Below, piece after piece: positions 56,601 through 64,000 of a DNA stretch of 64,000 nt. The notes under the pieces are model-generated. The model did not search any database. It saw nothing but the letters and a program-made list of their open reading frames with translations, and was not told the DNA's origin. This DNA is from Verrucomicrobiota bacterium (GTDB taxonomy: Bacteria; Verrucomicrobiota; Verrucomicrobiia; Limisphaerales; UBA9464). How positions within the stretch are numbered: the stretch's first letter is position 1; every line of letters starts with the position of its first letter. Where the stretch lies: NCBI GenBank assembly GCA_017309115.1, contig JAFLEF010000001.1, positions 184,616-248,615 on the forward strand, written 5' to 3'. Made by a program: the position numbers and the translations under genes.

Positions 56601-57338
56601 ATGCCGGAAGTCCCACCACCCCGCGAATTCACCACCACCCGGTGGAGCGTCGTGCTGCGCGCCGGCGGGGCGAGTCCGGAACAGGCTCACGCGGCGCTGG
56701 AACAGCTCTGCCGCGATTACTGGTATCCGCTCTACGCCTACGTCCGGCGCAAGGGACATTCCCCCGAGGACGCCGCCGATCTGACGCAGGATTTTTTCGC
56801 CAAGTTGTTGGCCAATGACTTCACCCAAGGTCTAACGCCGAACGGCGGGCGCTTCCGCTCCTTCCTGCTCACTGCGCTCCATCGGTTCCTCGTGGACGAA
56901 TGGCGCCGGGCGAAATCGCTGAAGCGCGGTGGCAATGCGTTCACCACGTCCCTGGAGGTCCTGATCAGCGAGCGCGGCGAGACTGGGTATCTCGGCGAAA
57001 CCCTGCCGGCAGATTCCGCGGAACACCTCTTCCAGCGGGTGTGGGCAGACACGTTGTTCGCGCGAGTCCTGCGACGACTCGCCGCGGAGTGCGCCGCCCG
57101 GGGTAATGCCCGCTTCGACGTGATCGAACCCTTCCTGGCCCTCGACGGAGAACCGCCCGCCTTGGCCGAAGCCGCCGCCCAACTCGCATTGTCCGTACCG
57201 GCCTTCAAATCGCTGCTGCACCGTCTTCGCCAGCGCTACCGGGAACTGCTGCAGGATGAGGTAAGTCAGACCGTCGGCAGTCACGGGGATGTGGATGATG
57301 AACTGCGGGCCCTGCTGAAGGCCTTGCGGGGAAATTGA
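56601..57338 (+). CDS. ECF-like sigma factor, STK-associated type (sigma-3)
   Basis: 245 aa. MPEVPPPREFTTTRWSVVLRAGGASPEQAHAALEQLCRDYWYPLYAYVRRKGHSPEDAADLTQDFF. Kinase K3 starts 46 nt downstream. Confidence 0.85.
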   Translation: MPEVPPPREFTTTRWSVVLRAGGASPEQAHAALEQLCRDYWYPLYAYVRRKGHSPEDAADLTQDFFAKLLANDFTQGLTPNGGRFRSFLLTALHRFLVDEWRRAKSLKRGGNAFTTSLEVLISERGETGYLGETLPADSAEHLFQRVWADTLFARVLRRLAAECAARGNARFDVIEPFLALDGEPPALAEAAAQLALSVPAFKSLLHRLRQRYRELLQDEVSQTVGSHGDVDDELRALLKALRGN

Positions 57339-57348
57339 AGATGTCCCG

Positions 57349-57376
57349 CGAATCCTCCGCCGCCAAACTCCGTGTT
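57349..57376 (+). promoter_or_regulatory. candidate ECF-type promoter, CGAATC-N16-CGTGTT
   Basis: Lies in the 46-nt sigma-3/K3 spacer and ends 8 nt before ATG 57385. Its spacer shares 11 of 16 positions with the 37527 site. Confidence 0.5.
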
Positions 57377-57384
57377 TCCTCGTC

Positions 57385-60300
57385 ATGAGTGAATCCGGCC
57401 AGAGGTGTCGCCGCTGTGGGGCGCTGCTGGGAAGTTCCTTGGCCGGGAGCCTCTGTGCCGTGTGTCGGCTGGAAGCCATCCTGCCATCGGAAGGAGAGTT
57501 TTCCGCCTCGGTGTCCGCTCGCGATCTCACCGAAGACTCTGCGCAGGTTCAGCACTTCGGCCCCTACGAACTGCTCGAGGAAATCGGCCGAGGCGGCATG
57601 GGCGTGATCTACAAGGCGCGTCAGCCCGGCCTGGACCGCGTGGTCGCGCTCAAGATGCTGCTGGCGGGTGAATTCGCCGACGCCAAGGCGCGGGAACGGC
57701 TCCTGCGCGAAGCCAAGATTGCCGCCCGCCTCAGCCACCCCGGCATCGTTACCATTCACGAAGTGGGCGAACACCAGAGCCGACCCTACTTCGCCATGGA
57801 GTACGTGCCCGGCCGCAACCTCGCCCAGCATTGCCGCGACGGTCTGTTGCCCGTGGCCACCGCAGTCCGCTACGTCGAACAGCTCGCCCGGGCTGTCCAC
57901 TATGCGCATCAGCACGGCGTCATCCACCGCGACCTCAAGCCGGCCAACGTCCTGATCAGTCCCGACGACGAGCCGAAGCTCACCGACTTCGGTCTCACCA
58001 AGTCGCTCGTCGATCCGACCCAGACTGTCGAGTCCGCGGGTTCGCCCAACTTCATGGCGCCCGAGCAGGCCGACTGCACCCTGGGCTCCACCGGTACGCC
58101 CACCGACATCTACGGCCTCGGCGCCATCCTCTACTACCTCCTCACCGGACGTCCGCCCGCAGTGGGCGAGACCCTCAGCGAAACCCTGCGCAATGTGGTC
58201 GCGGGTGAACCGGTGGCTCCACGGCAACTGCGTCCGGCTCTGCCGCGCGATCTGGAAACCATCACCCTCCGGTGTCTGGAGAAGGAACCCTCCCGTCGTT
58301 ACGCCAGCGCCCAAGACGTGGCCGACGAACTCGCCCGCTGGCAACGCCACGAACCCATCCTCGCCCGCCCCGCCACCGGCCCCGAACGCCTCGCCAAATG
58401 GGTTCGCCGCCGACCCGCCATCGCCGCTCTCGCCGCCGCCTGCACGCTGGCTGTAGTTCTCGGTTTCGTCGGCGTTACTTGGCAGTGGCGGCGGGCCGAG
58501 GCCCAGGTTGAGGCCACCGCCCGCGCGAACTACGCCGCGACTCTCGGAAATGTTCGGCAGCGGATAGACGAGGGATCCTATCGGGACGCCCGTCAGCAGT
58601 TGTATGCCTTACCCGAGCAATTCCGGGGCTGGGAATGGGGACGCCTCCTCAACCTCGCCCATCGGGAAATCCTGGACGCCACCGTTTTGACCAACGGCTG
58701 GACCGGACATCTCGACCGAATTCCAATACCGCCCGATTCCCTCGGCCAAGCGGTCAGTTCCGATCAGCGGTGGGTCGCCTGCTGGGGCAGCGGTCGTCTC
58801 GAAATTCTCAGCCTAACCAACGAGGAATCGGTTTTCCGGGCGGGCTCCTCTTCCAACCGGGTGACTCACGCCGCCTTCAGTCCCTCCGGTCACCAACTGG
58901 CCACCGCCGGTCCCGGTCCGGGATACACTCTCTGGAGTTGCGGCGACTGGCGGATCCTTCGTCGCTGGGCCACTCCTCAGGAACGACCGCTCAACCTTTG
59001 CTTCAGCCCCGATGGCCGACAGATCGCGACTGCTGACGGATCACGGCAGGTCTGTCGGTACGACGCAGGGAATGGAACCGAACTCGGCCGTTTCGAAGGA
59101 GCTCTGGACGCCTACGATTGGGTGCGCTTCACCCCGGATGGAACGAAGTTGATCGGTAGCACTCAGAGGAGCGGAGAACTCGCCCGGCTTACGATCTGGT
59201 CGACCGCGTCGGGCCAGGTCGAAGCGGAGTTGCCACCGAAAGCCGCTGGGCTGCGCTCGATCGAGCTCACTGCCGACGCCACCCGGTTTGCCACGGTGGA
59301 TTATCAAGGCGTGGCGGCGGTGTGGAAGGTGGGGGCCGATCGGCCCTTCTTTCAGACGCCCGCCGAAGGAGACCAAATCATCTGGGCCGCGGCCGCTCCG
59401 GATCAGCCGCGCTTGGCAACGTTCCGGGCCTCGGCCCAGCAGGCCAAATTCTGGGATCTGGATTCGGGCCAGGCCCTCCCGATTTCCCCTACCACCATGA
59501 ACACCCTGCGGGTTGGCTCGGACGGGCGGACGTTGCTGTCGTGCGGCGGCACGCTGGTCCATCGGTGGGACTGGACCACGGGTCGGCCGTTGGATGCGTT
59601 CGGTTTGGGAGATGTTGCCATTCACTCGCGGGTGGATGTCTCGCCCGACGGACAGTGGGTGAGCGCCTTGATCGATCATTTCCCGACACCCGCGACGCTG
59701 CACGTCTGGCCGCTCCGAACGGTGGACCGGCGATTGGCGCCACCTTATACGACCATGCGGTCAGCCGTATCACCGGATGGCAGCCTCATTGCACTCGGTC
59801 ACTTGGATTCCCGCATCTCGCTGTGGAACTCCCGCACCGGCGAGCGGACCGGGTGGCTGCTGGGTCACTTCCGGCAGGTCAACGATGTGGCGTGGACGGC
59901 CGATGGACGCACGCTGTTCTCGGCTTCGGGCGATCACACGGTCCGCCGTTGGAAGGTGGCCGAACAGCGGTTGGAGATGACGTTGACCCATCTGACGCGA
60001 CCGCTCTGGACGCTCTCTGTCACGCCGGATGGCCGGCGCGTCGCGGCAGTGGACGTGTCGGGCCGCGTGGCCGTGTGGGAAGGCGACTCAGGAGTGTTGA
60101 TTCGCTCGTGGGAGATTCCCCGGGAGAATGAGGTGCTCCCCGTCCATCTGGTTTGCCTCAGCCCGAGTGGCCGCGAGCTGGTGTTGACCGGGTTCTCGGC
60201 CGCCGGAGTCTGGTCGGTGGAGACCGGAGAACGGATCACGCGCTTCAATTCGGCGTTCGAAGGGGGAGACTTCGATCCGATCGCTGCGGGATTCTCGCCC

Positions 60301-61410
60301 GACGGTCGGCGCCTAGCCACGGTGGACCGATCCGGTCGCTTGCGGATCTGGGAAACTCGCCATTGGCGGCAAACTCATTCGTCGGAGGCAGCCGAAGGAT
60401 CGCCTCATCTCACGTTCTCTCCGGATGGCCAACGGCTCTTCCTCTCCACCAGCCAGGCCCTGTCGCCAGCCATGGGTCAGGTGAGCGTGGAGATTCACGA
60501 TGGCGTCACCGGGGCACCGTTGCTGTCCCTAGGCCGGCAACGCGGATGGGGAACTTCCATCGCGTCCTTCGACCGGGGCCAGCGGCTTCTCCACACCGTC
60601 ATCGACAACCGCACGCCCACTCATGGCACGGACCTGATGCAGGCGTTGCCCTGGAAGGACCAGGATTATCCCGGCCGACCCGGTGAGCCGTTGGGGGAAC
60701 GCGTCACACGGTTGGCCCGGGCCCGGCATTGGGAAACGTTCCGGACATCGGTCGTCCTCCCGGACACTCCCAGCCCCGTGCCGCCCGAACCCCGCACGAA
60801 CTGGCTCGCCCGCGATCCGTCCACGCCGACGAACTGCGTGGATCTCACCGCCAGCTACAATGGCCATTTGGACACGGGATGGCAGGCGGACACGTTCGTG
60901 GATAGCTTCGGCAACGATCTCGCTAGCCTCCCGCGCGGAATCGTTCAGCTCGACGGCGTGACGTGGGATATCCGGGGCGTGGTCTCCACCGGTCTCCCGG
61001 AGCGACCCCTGTCTCCTTGGGCCTTCGGGCGGACGATTACGAACCTTCCCGTCCGGGGATTGGTCCGCCGTCTGCACGTTCTCCACGCCAGTGCGGATTC
61101 CTCGACGTCGGGCGGACGCGTGGGCCGCTATCGTCTTCATTTCGCCGGGGGAACCACGGCCGATCTCACCCTGGATCTGAGCGAGGACATTGGTGAATTC
61201 TGGTCAACTCACCGCCACTCCCACTGCCGTCGTGGAAGCGTGGCCTGGGAAGGCGACAACGCCGCCGCCACCCGCATGGGATCCAAGGTACGCCTGTTCC
61301 ACCGAGCCTGGGACAACCCACATCCGGATCAGGAACTCGTCTCGCTGGAAATGATCGGTGACCACGACGCCACCACCTTCTTCGTGGTCGCAATCACCGC
61401 GGAGCGTTAG
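57385..61410 (+). CDS. membrane Ser/Thr protein kinase with WD40 beta-propellers and extra C-terminal domain (K3)
   Basis: 1341 aa. CRRC...CAVC, and a kinase core nearly identical to K1. One TM, many WD40-like blades (SPDG..LA.....G....W), and a ~250-aa C-terminal domain (CVDLTASYNGHLDTGW...LDGVTWDIRG...) absent from K1 and K2. Confidence 0.9.
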   Translation: MSESGQRCRRCGALLGSSLAGSLCAVCRLEAILPSEGEFSASVSARDLTEDSAQVQHFGPYELLEEIGRGGMGVIYKARQPGLDRVVALKMLLAGEFADAKARERLLREAKIAARLSHPGIVTIHEVGEHQSRPYFAMEYVPGRNLAQHCRDGLLPVATAVRYVEQLARAVHYAHQHGVIHRDLKPANVLISPDDEPKLTDFGLTKSLVDPTQTVESAGSPNFMAPEQADCTLGSTGTPTDIYGLGAILYYLLTGRPPAVGETLSETLRNVVAGEPVAPRQLRPALPRDLETITLRCLEKEPSRRYASAQDVADELARWQRHEPILARPATGPERLAKWVRRRPAIAALAAACTLAVVLGFVGVTWQWRRAEAQVEATARANYAATLGNVRQRIDEGSYRDARQQLYALPEQFRGWEWGRLLNLAHREILDATVLTNGWTGHLDRIPIPPDSLGQAVSSDQRWVACWGSGRLEILSLTNEESVFRAGSSSNRVTHAAFSPSGHQLATAGPGPGYTLWSCGDWRILRRWATPQERPLNLCFSPDGRQIATADGSRQVCRYDAGNGTELGRFEGALDAYDWVRFTPDGTKLIGSTQRSGELARLTIWSTASGQVEAELPPKAAGLRSIELTADATRFATVDYQGVAAVWKVGADRPFFQTPAEGDQIIWAAAAPDQPRLATFRASAQQAKFWDLDSGQALPISPTTMNTLRVGSDGRTLLSCGGTLVHRWDWTTGRPLDAFGLGDVAIHSRVDVSPDGQWVSALIDHFPTPATLHVWPLRTVDRRLAPPYTTMRSAVSPDGSLIALGHLDSRISLWNSRTGERTGWLLGHFRQVNDVAWTADGRTLFSASGDHTVRRWKVAEQRLEMTLTHLTRPLWTLSVTPDGRRVAAVDVSGRVAVWEGDSGVLIRSWEIPRENEVLPVHLVCLSPSGRELVLTGFSAAGVWSVETGERITRFNSAFEGGDFDPIAAGFSPDGRRLATVDRSGRLRIWETRHWRQTHSSEAAEGSPHLTFSPDGQRLFLSTSQALSPAMGQVSVEIHDGVTGAPLLSLGRQRGWGTSIASFDRGQRLLHTVIDNRTPTHGTDLMQALPWKDQDYPGRPGEPLGERVTRLARARHWETFRTSVVLPDTPSPVPPEPRTNWLARDPSTPTNCVDLTASYNGHLDTGWQADTFVDSFGNDLASLPRGIVQLDGVTWDIRGVVSTGLPERPLSPWAFGRTITNLPVRGLVRRLHVLHASADSSTSGGRVGRYRLHFAGGTTADLTLDLSEDIGEFWSTHRHSHCRRGSVAWEGDNAAATRMGSKVRLFHRAWDNPHPDQELVSLEMIGDHDATTFFVVAITAER

Positions 61411-61451
61411 CGGCAGCGGTTTCGCCTCCTGAAACTTTCTTGCGCGAGGCG

Positions 61452-61479
61452 CGAATCCTTTGACCCGGCATTACGTGTG
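61452..61479 (+). promoter_or_regulatory. candidate ECF-type promoter, CGAATC-N16-CGTGTG
   Basis: Same architecture as the other sites. Ends 10 nt before ATG 61490. Confidence 0.5.
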
Positions 61480-61489
61480 CCTTGAATGC

Positions 61490-64000
61490 ATGAACTGCAC
61501 TTCAAGAATTCCCTCTCCCTCACACCACCGGTTCGCCGGACGTCGGCTGGCCTCCGCAGTGGCGATGCTCGCCGGCAGCCTGCTCTCGGCCGTATCCGCC
61601 CAACCGCAGGCGGCCGAGTCCCCGGACACTGACCCGTTGCCCCGGCTGTTTCTTCCCACCCCCGCTACCCGGCCCGCGGCGAAGATCGCCGGACTACCGC
61701 CGACACCGGCTCAACGACGCTTGCTGCATCTCAATCCGGAGTTCGCGGCCAAAGTCGCCCGAGGGTTCCCGCCGGCACAGGAGTTTCGTCTGGACCTCCT
61801 CGAGAATCAGGACGTCACCGTGCACCTCACCGAGATTCGCACCGCCGCGGACGGTGCGCTCGAACTCACCGGCACTCTGGCCCACCTGCCCGGTGGCCAA
61901 GCGCACTTGGTGGTCAGCGGCGAGTCCGTGAGTGGTGTCGCCGAAGTTCCCGGTCTGGGTACCTACCACTGGCAACCCACCGACTCCGGAACGGTGGTCG
62001 TGACGCGACAAATTCCCGTCTCCTCCTTCCGCTGCCTGACGCTCGACCCCGCGCCCTCCGCGGCCCAGCGACTGGCTCGTCAGAGCGTCGCTGAGGCAGG
62101 CGACCCGCCGGCCGGAATCTGGGATCCCACCACCGAGCCGGTCACCCTCGACGTCCTGATTCTCTACACCCGCAAGGTGCTCACCGCCCACGGTGACGAG
62201 GCCTCACTACAACAGTCGATCCAGCGAATGGTGGACAGCGCCAACGCCAGCTACACGAACAGCCTGATCGGGGTACGATTGAATCCGGTGTTCGTCGGAC
62301 TCCACGACACCTGGACCGAGTCAGGCAACATGGGCGCCGATTTTTTCACACTCTTTGGCGATACCCGCGCCACCTCCTTGCGGAACGACTACCAGGCAGA
62401 CTTCGTTTATCTCATCATCGAATCCGACTCCAACGGTTACAGCGGCGCCTCGACCCTGCTCGGTAATCCGCTGGGCGATCCTAATAGGAACTGGTGCATC
62501 CTGCGCCGCACGGTGCTCATCGGGAATGCCCGATGGGCGGAGCACGAGAGTCTCACCTTCACCCACGAGACGGGTCACCTCCTCGGCGCCGGACACGATC
62601 GTGAGCACGGTCATGGCAGCGGCTTTCAGGGACAACCTCCGGCGTATTCCTTCGGCAATGGCCATCGCTTCACCGCCGGAGGCGTTACCTACCGGACCGC
62701 GATGAGCTACGATCCAGGGGTTCAACTGTCACTCTTCTCCAATCCAAACCGATCCTTTGACGGCGTGCCCATGGGTATTCCCAACGGCCAACCCGGAGAA
62801 GCCGACAACGCGCGGACCTTGAATCGGGTCGCTCCGATTGCCGCCCACTACCGCGTCGCCCACAGCCGCATTGGCTTCTCCCAATCCAGGTTCATTGTAC
62901 GCGAAGGGGAACCTTCCGCGACGGTCCGGCTCGAACGTCGAGGCGATCTGAACACCGCCACCCAAGTCACCGTGGACTTCGCGACCTCGAGCACCGCCCG
63001 CTCCGGCTTTGATTATCGGAAGCCGACGAAGGTTGCGATTCCCTTTGCCACGAATCAGTCCGTGGCTGAGATCGTGATCCCGATTCTGCAGGACAACCTG
63101 GTGGAGGGCACCGAAGTCATCCAACTCGCTTTGTCGAAACCCGTCGGCGACCACGGCATCGATCTGACGGGAACCGCCCAAGTCCTCCTGCTCGATGACG
63201 AGCCCAACTACACCGTCACACCGTCCAACCTCTCCCTACAGGAAGGCGAATCGGCAGACGTCACAGTCGAATTCCTGGGCGCTCTGGAGGCCGGTGTGAC
63301 CAACACGCTCGAAGTCGCCCTGAATTTGGACGGTGGTTCGGCGACGTTTGTCGCCTCGGCGGATCCCGGATCTGCCGACGGCACACTCGACACCAACCGC
63401 CTGGAGTTCACCGCCGAAACTCGGAGCCAGACCCTGCACCTCACCCCGCTTCCCGACGCACTCGAAGAAGCCGATGAGGTCGGAATCTTTGGCCTTGGCA
63501 ATGCGCGCCTCACCGTCCGAGTTCTGGATTCCAACCGTCCCGGATCAATCCGTCCGGTGAACTCTCCCAACGCCTCGGTGATTTCCCTGACCGCGCTGCC
63601 TTCCGGGGGAGCCCTGATGGCCGGGAACTTCACGCAGATCGGATCCACCCGCCGCACCGGCATTGCCCGCCTGGCGGCCGACGGAACTTTGGACCAAACC
63701 TTCACTCCGCCCGAACTGGTGGCGTCCCCCATCCAAGGACCCGGGATTCCACCGGCCAAGGTGATCACCCTCACCCCGTTGACGAATGGAGATTGGTTGG
63801 CCGGCGGCTACATCGGACTGGCGGACGGTCAACCCGTTGGAAATCTCCTCCGACTCCAACCGGACGGCAGTCAGGACACCCAGTTCCAGCATCCGGGCTT
63901 TGACGGCGCGGTGTGGTGTGCCACTGAGCAATCCGACGGACGCATCCTGGTGGGCGGCATCTTTGATCATGTGGGAGCCGAGAGAATCCGGGGACTCGTC
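61490..64000 (+). CDS. secreted metzincin / Calx-beta / delta-60-type propeller protein (MP3), 3' end cut by window edge
   Basis: Hand-translated; not in the ORF track because it has no stop in the window. Open for 837 codons to base 64000. MNCTSRIPSPSHHRFAGRRLASAVAMLAGSLLSAVSA is the signal peptide. HETGHLLGAGHD starts at 62564, with Met-turn AMSY. Calx-beta-like modules (RIGFSQSRFIVREGEPSATVRLERRGDLNTATQV...), then ARLAADGTLDQTF and RLQPDGSQDTQF repeats. Confidence 0.85.
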   Translation, partial: MNCTSRIPSPSHHRFAGRRLASAVAMLAGSLLSAVSAQPQAAESPDTDPLPRLFLPTPATRPAAKIAGLPPTPAQRRLLHLNPEFAAKVARGFPPAQEFRLDLLENQDVTVHLTEIRTAADGALELTGTLAHLPGGQAHLVVSGESVSGVAEVPGLGTYHWQPTDSGTVVVTRQIPVSSFRCLTLDPAPSAAQRLARQSVAEAGDPPAGIWDPTTEPVTLDVLILYTRKVLTAHGDEASLQQSIQRMVDSANASYTNSLIGVRLNPVFVGLHDTWTESGNMGADFFTLFGDTRATSLRNDYQADFVYLIIESDSNGYSGASTLLGNPLGDPNRNWCILRRTVLIGNARWAEHESLTFTHETGHLLGAGHDREHGHGSGFQGQPPAYSFGNGHRFTAGGVTYRTAMSYDPGVQLSLFSNPNRSFDGVPMGIPNGQPGEADNARTLNRVAPIAAHYRVAHSRIGFSQSRFIVREGEPSATVRLERRGDLNTATQVTVDFATSSTARSGFDYRKPTKVAIPFATNQSVAEIVIPILQDNLVEGTEVIQLALSKPVGDHGIDLTGTAQVLLLDDEPNYTVTPSNLSLQEGESADVTVEFLGALEAGVTNTLEVALNLDGGSATFVASADPGSADGTLDTNRLEFTAETRSQTLHLTPLPDALEEADEVGIFGLGNARLTVRVLDSNRPGSIRPVNSPNASVISLTALPSGGALMAGNFTQIGSTRRTGIARLAADGTLDQTFTPPELVASPIQGPGIPPAKVITLTPLTNGDWLAGGYIGLADGQPVGNLLRLQPDGSQDTQFQHPGFDGAVWCATEQSDGRILVGGIFDHVGAERIRGLV

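Noticed and set aside
57205-58350. 381-aa minus-strand ORF antisense to kinase K3 (and its twin 38787-39293 antisense to K1)
   Set aside because: It is the mirror image of a strongly supported kinase domain. It has no motifs and is Gly/Arg/Val-rich. Its apparent conservation between the two loci simply follows the conserved sense strand.

Overview
GC-rich bacterial chromosomal window. Gene content points to the PVC superphylum (Verrucomicrobiota/Planctomycetota-like): four prepilin-type H-X9-DG genes, five ECF-type sigma genes and giant secreted repeat proteins. Left half (1-35.7 kb), mostly minus strand: AbrB/Doc toxin-antitoxin pair, TlpA-like redoxin, NPP-type phosphodiesterase, MFS transporter, ECF sigma with built-in membrane extension, a ~1440-aa GNAT-GNAT-A-T-TE NRPS-like protein, dihaem cytochrome c, an orphan two-gene membrane/secreted cassette, BlaI/BlaR1, a DTW protein, an ABC-2 exporter, MoaD-like plus Asp-box propeller, an FG-GAP/S74 tail-fibre-like protein, a HAF-like repeat protein and an ECF sigma/anti-sigma pair. 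Right half (36.4-64 kb) is the most interesting part. It holds a triplicated module: a 245-aa STK-associated ECF-like sigma, a membrane Ser/Thr kinase with an extracytoplasmic WD40-like sensor, and ~1100-aa secreted metzincin/Calx-beta/beta-propeller proteins. Seven genes of this supercluster carry the same sGAAyC-N16-sGTrk motif 7-11 nt before their ATG, which I read as a candidate ECF regulon promoter implying near-leaderless mRNAs. One kinase is split by a frameshift at a G7/C7 tract, and a VapBC pair sits between two modules. The kinases are mosaic: kinase and sensor halves have different closest paralogs. Intergenic DNA is packed with at least four families of nested palindromic repeats, including a 3 x 277-bp tandem array and heptanucleotide microsatellites. 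Several ORF-track starts run into these repeats and were trimmed. I recognised no rRNA, tRNA, CRISPR, transposase or integrase. All calls rest on hand translation and motif recognition only; no searches were run.
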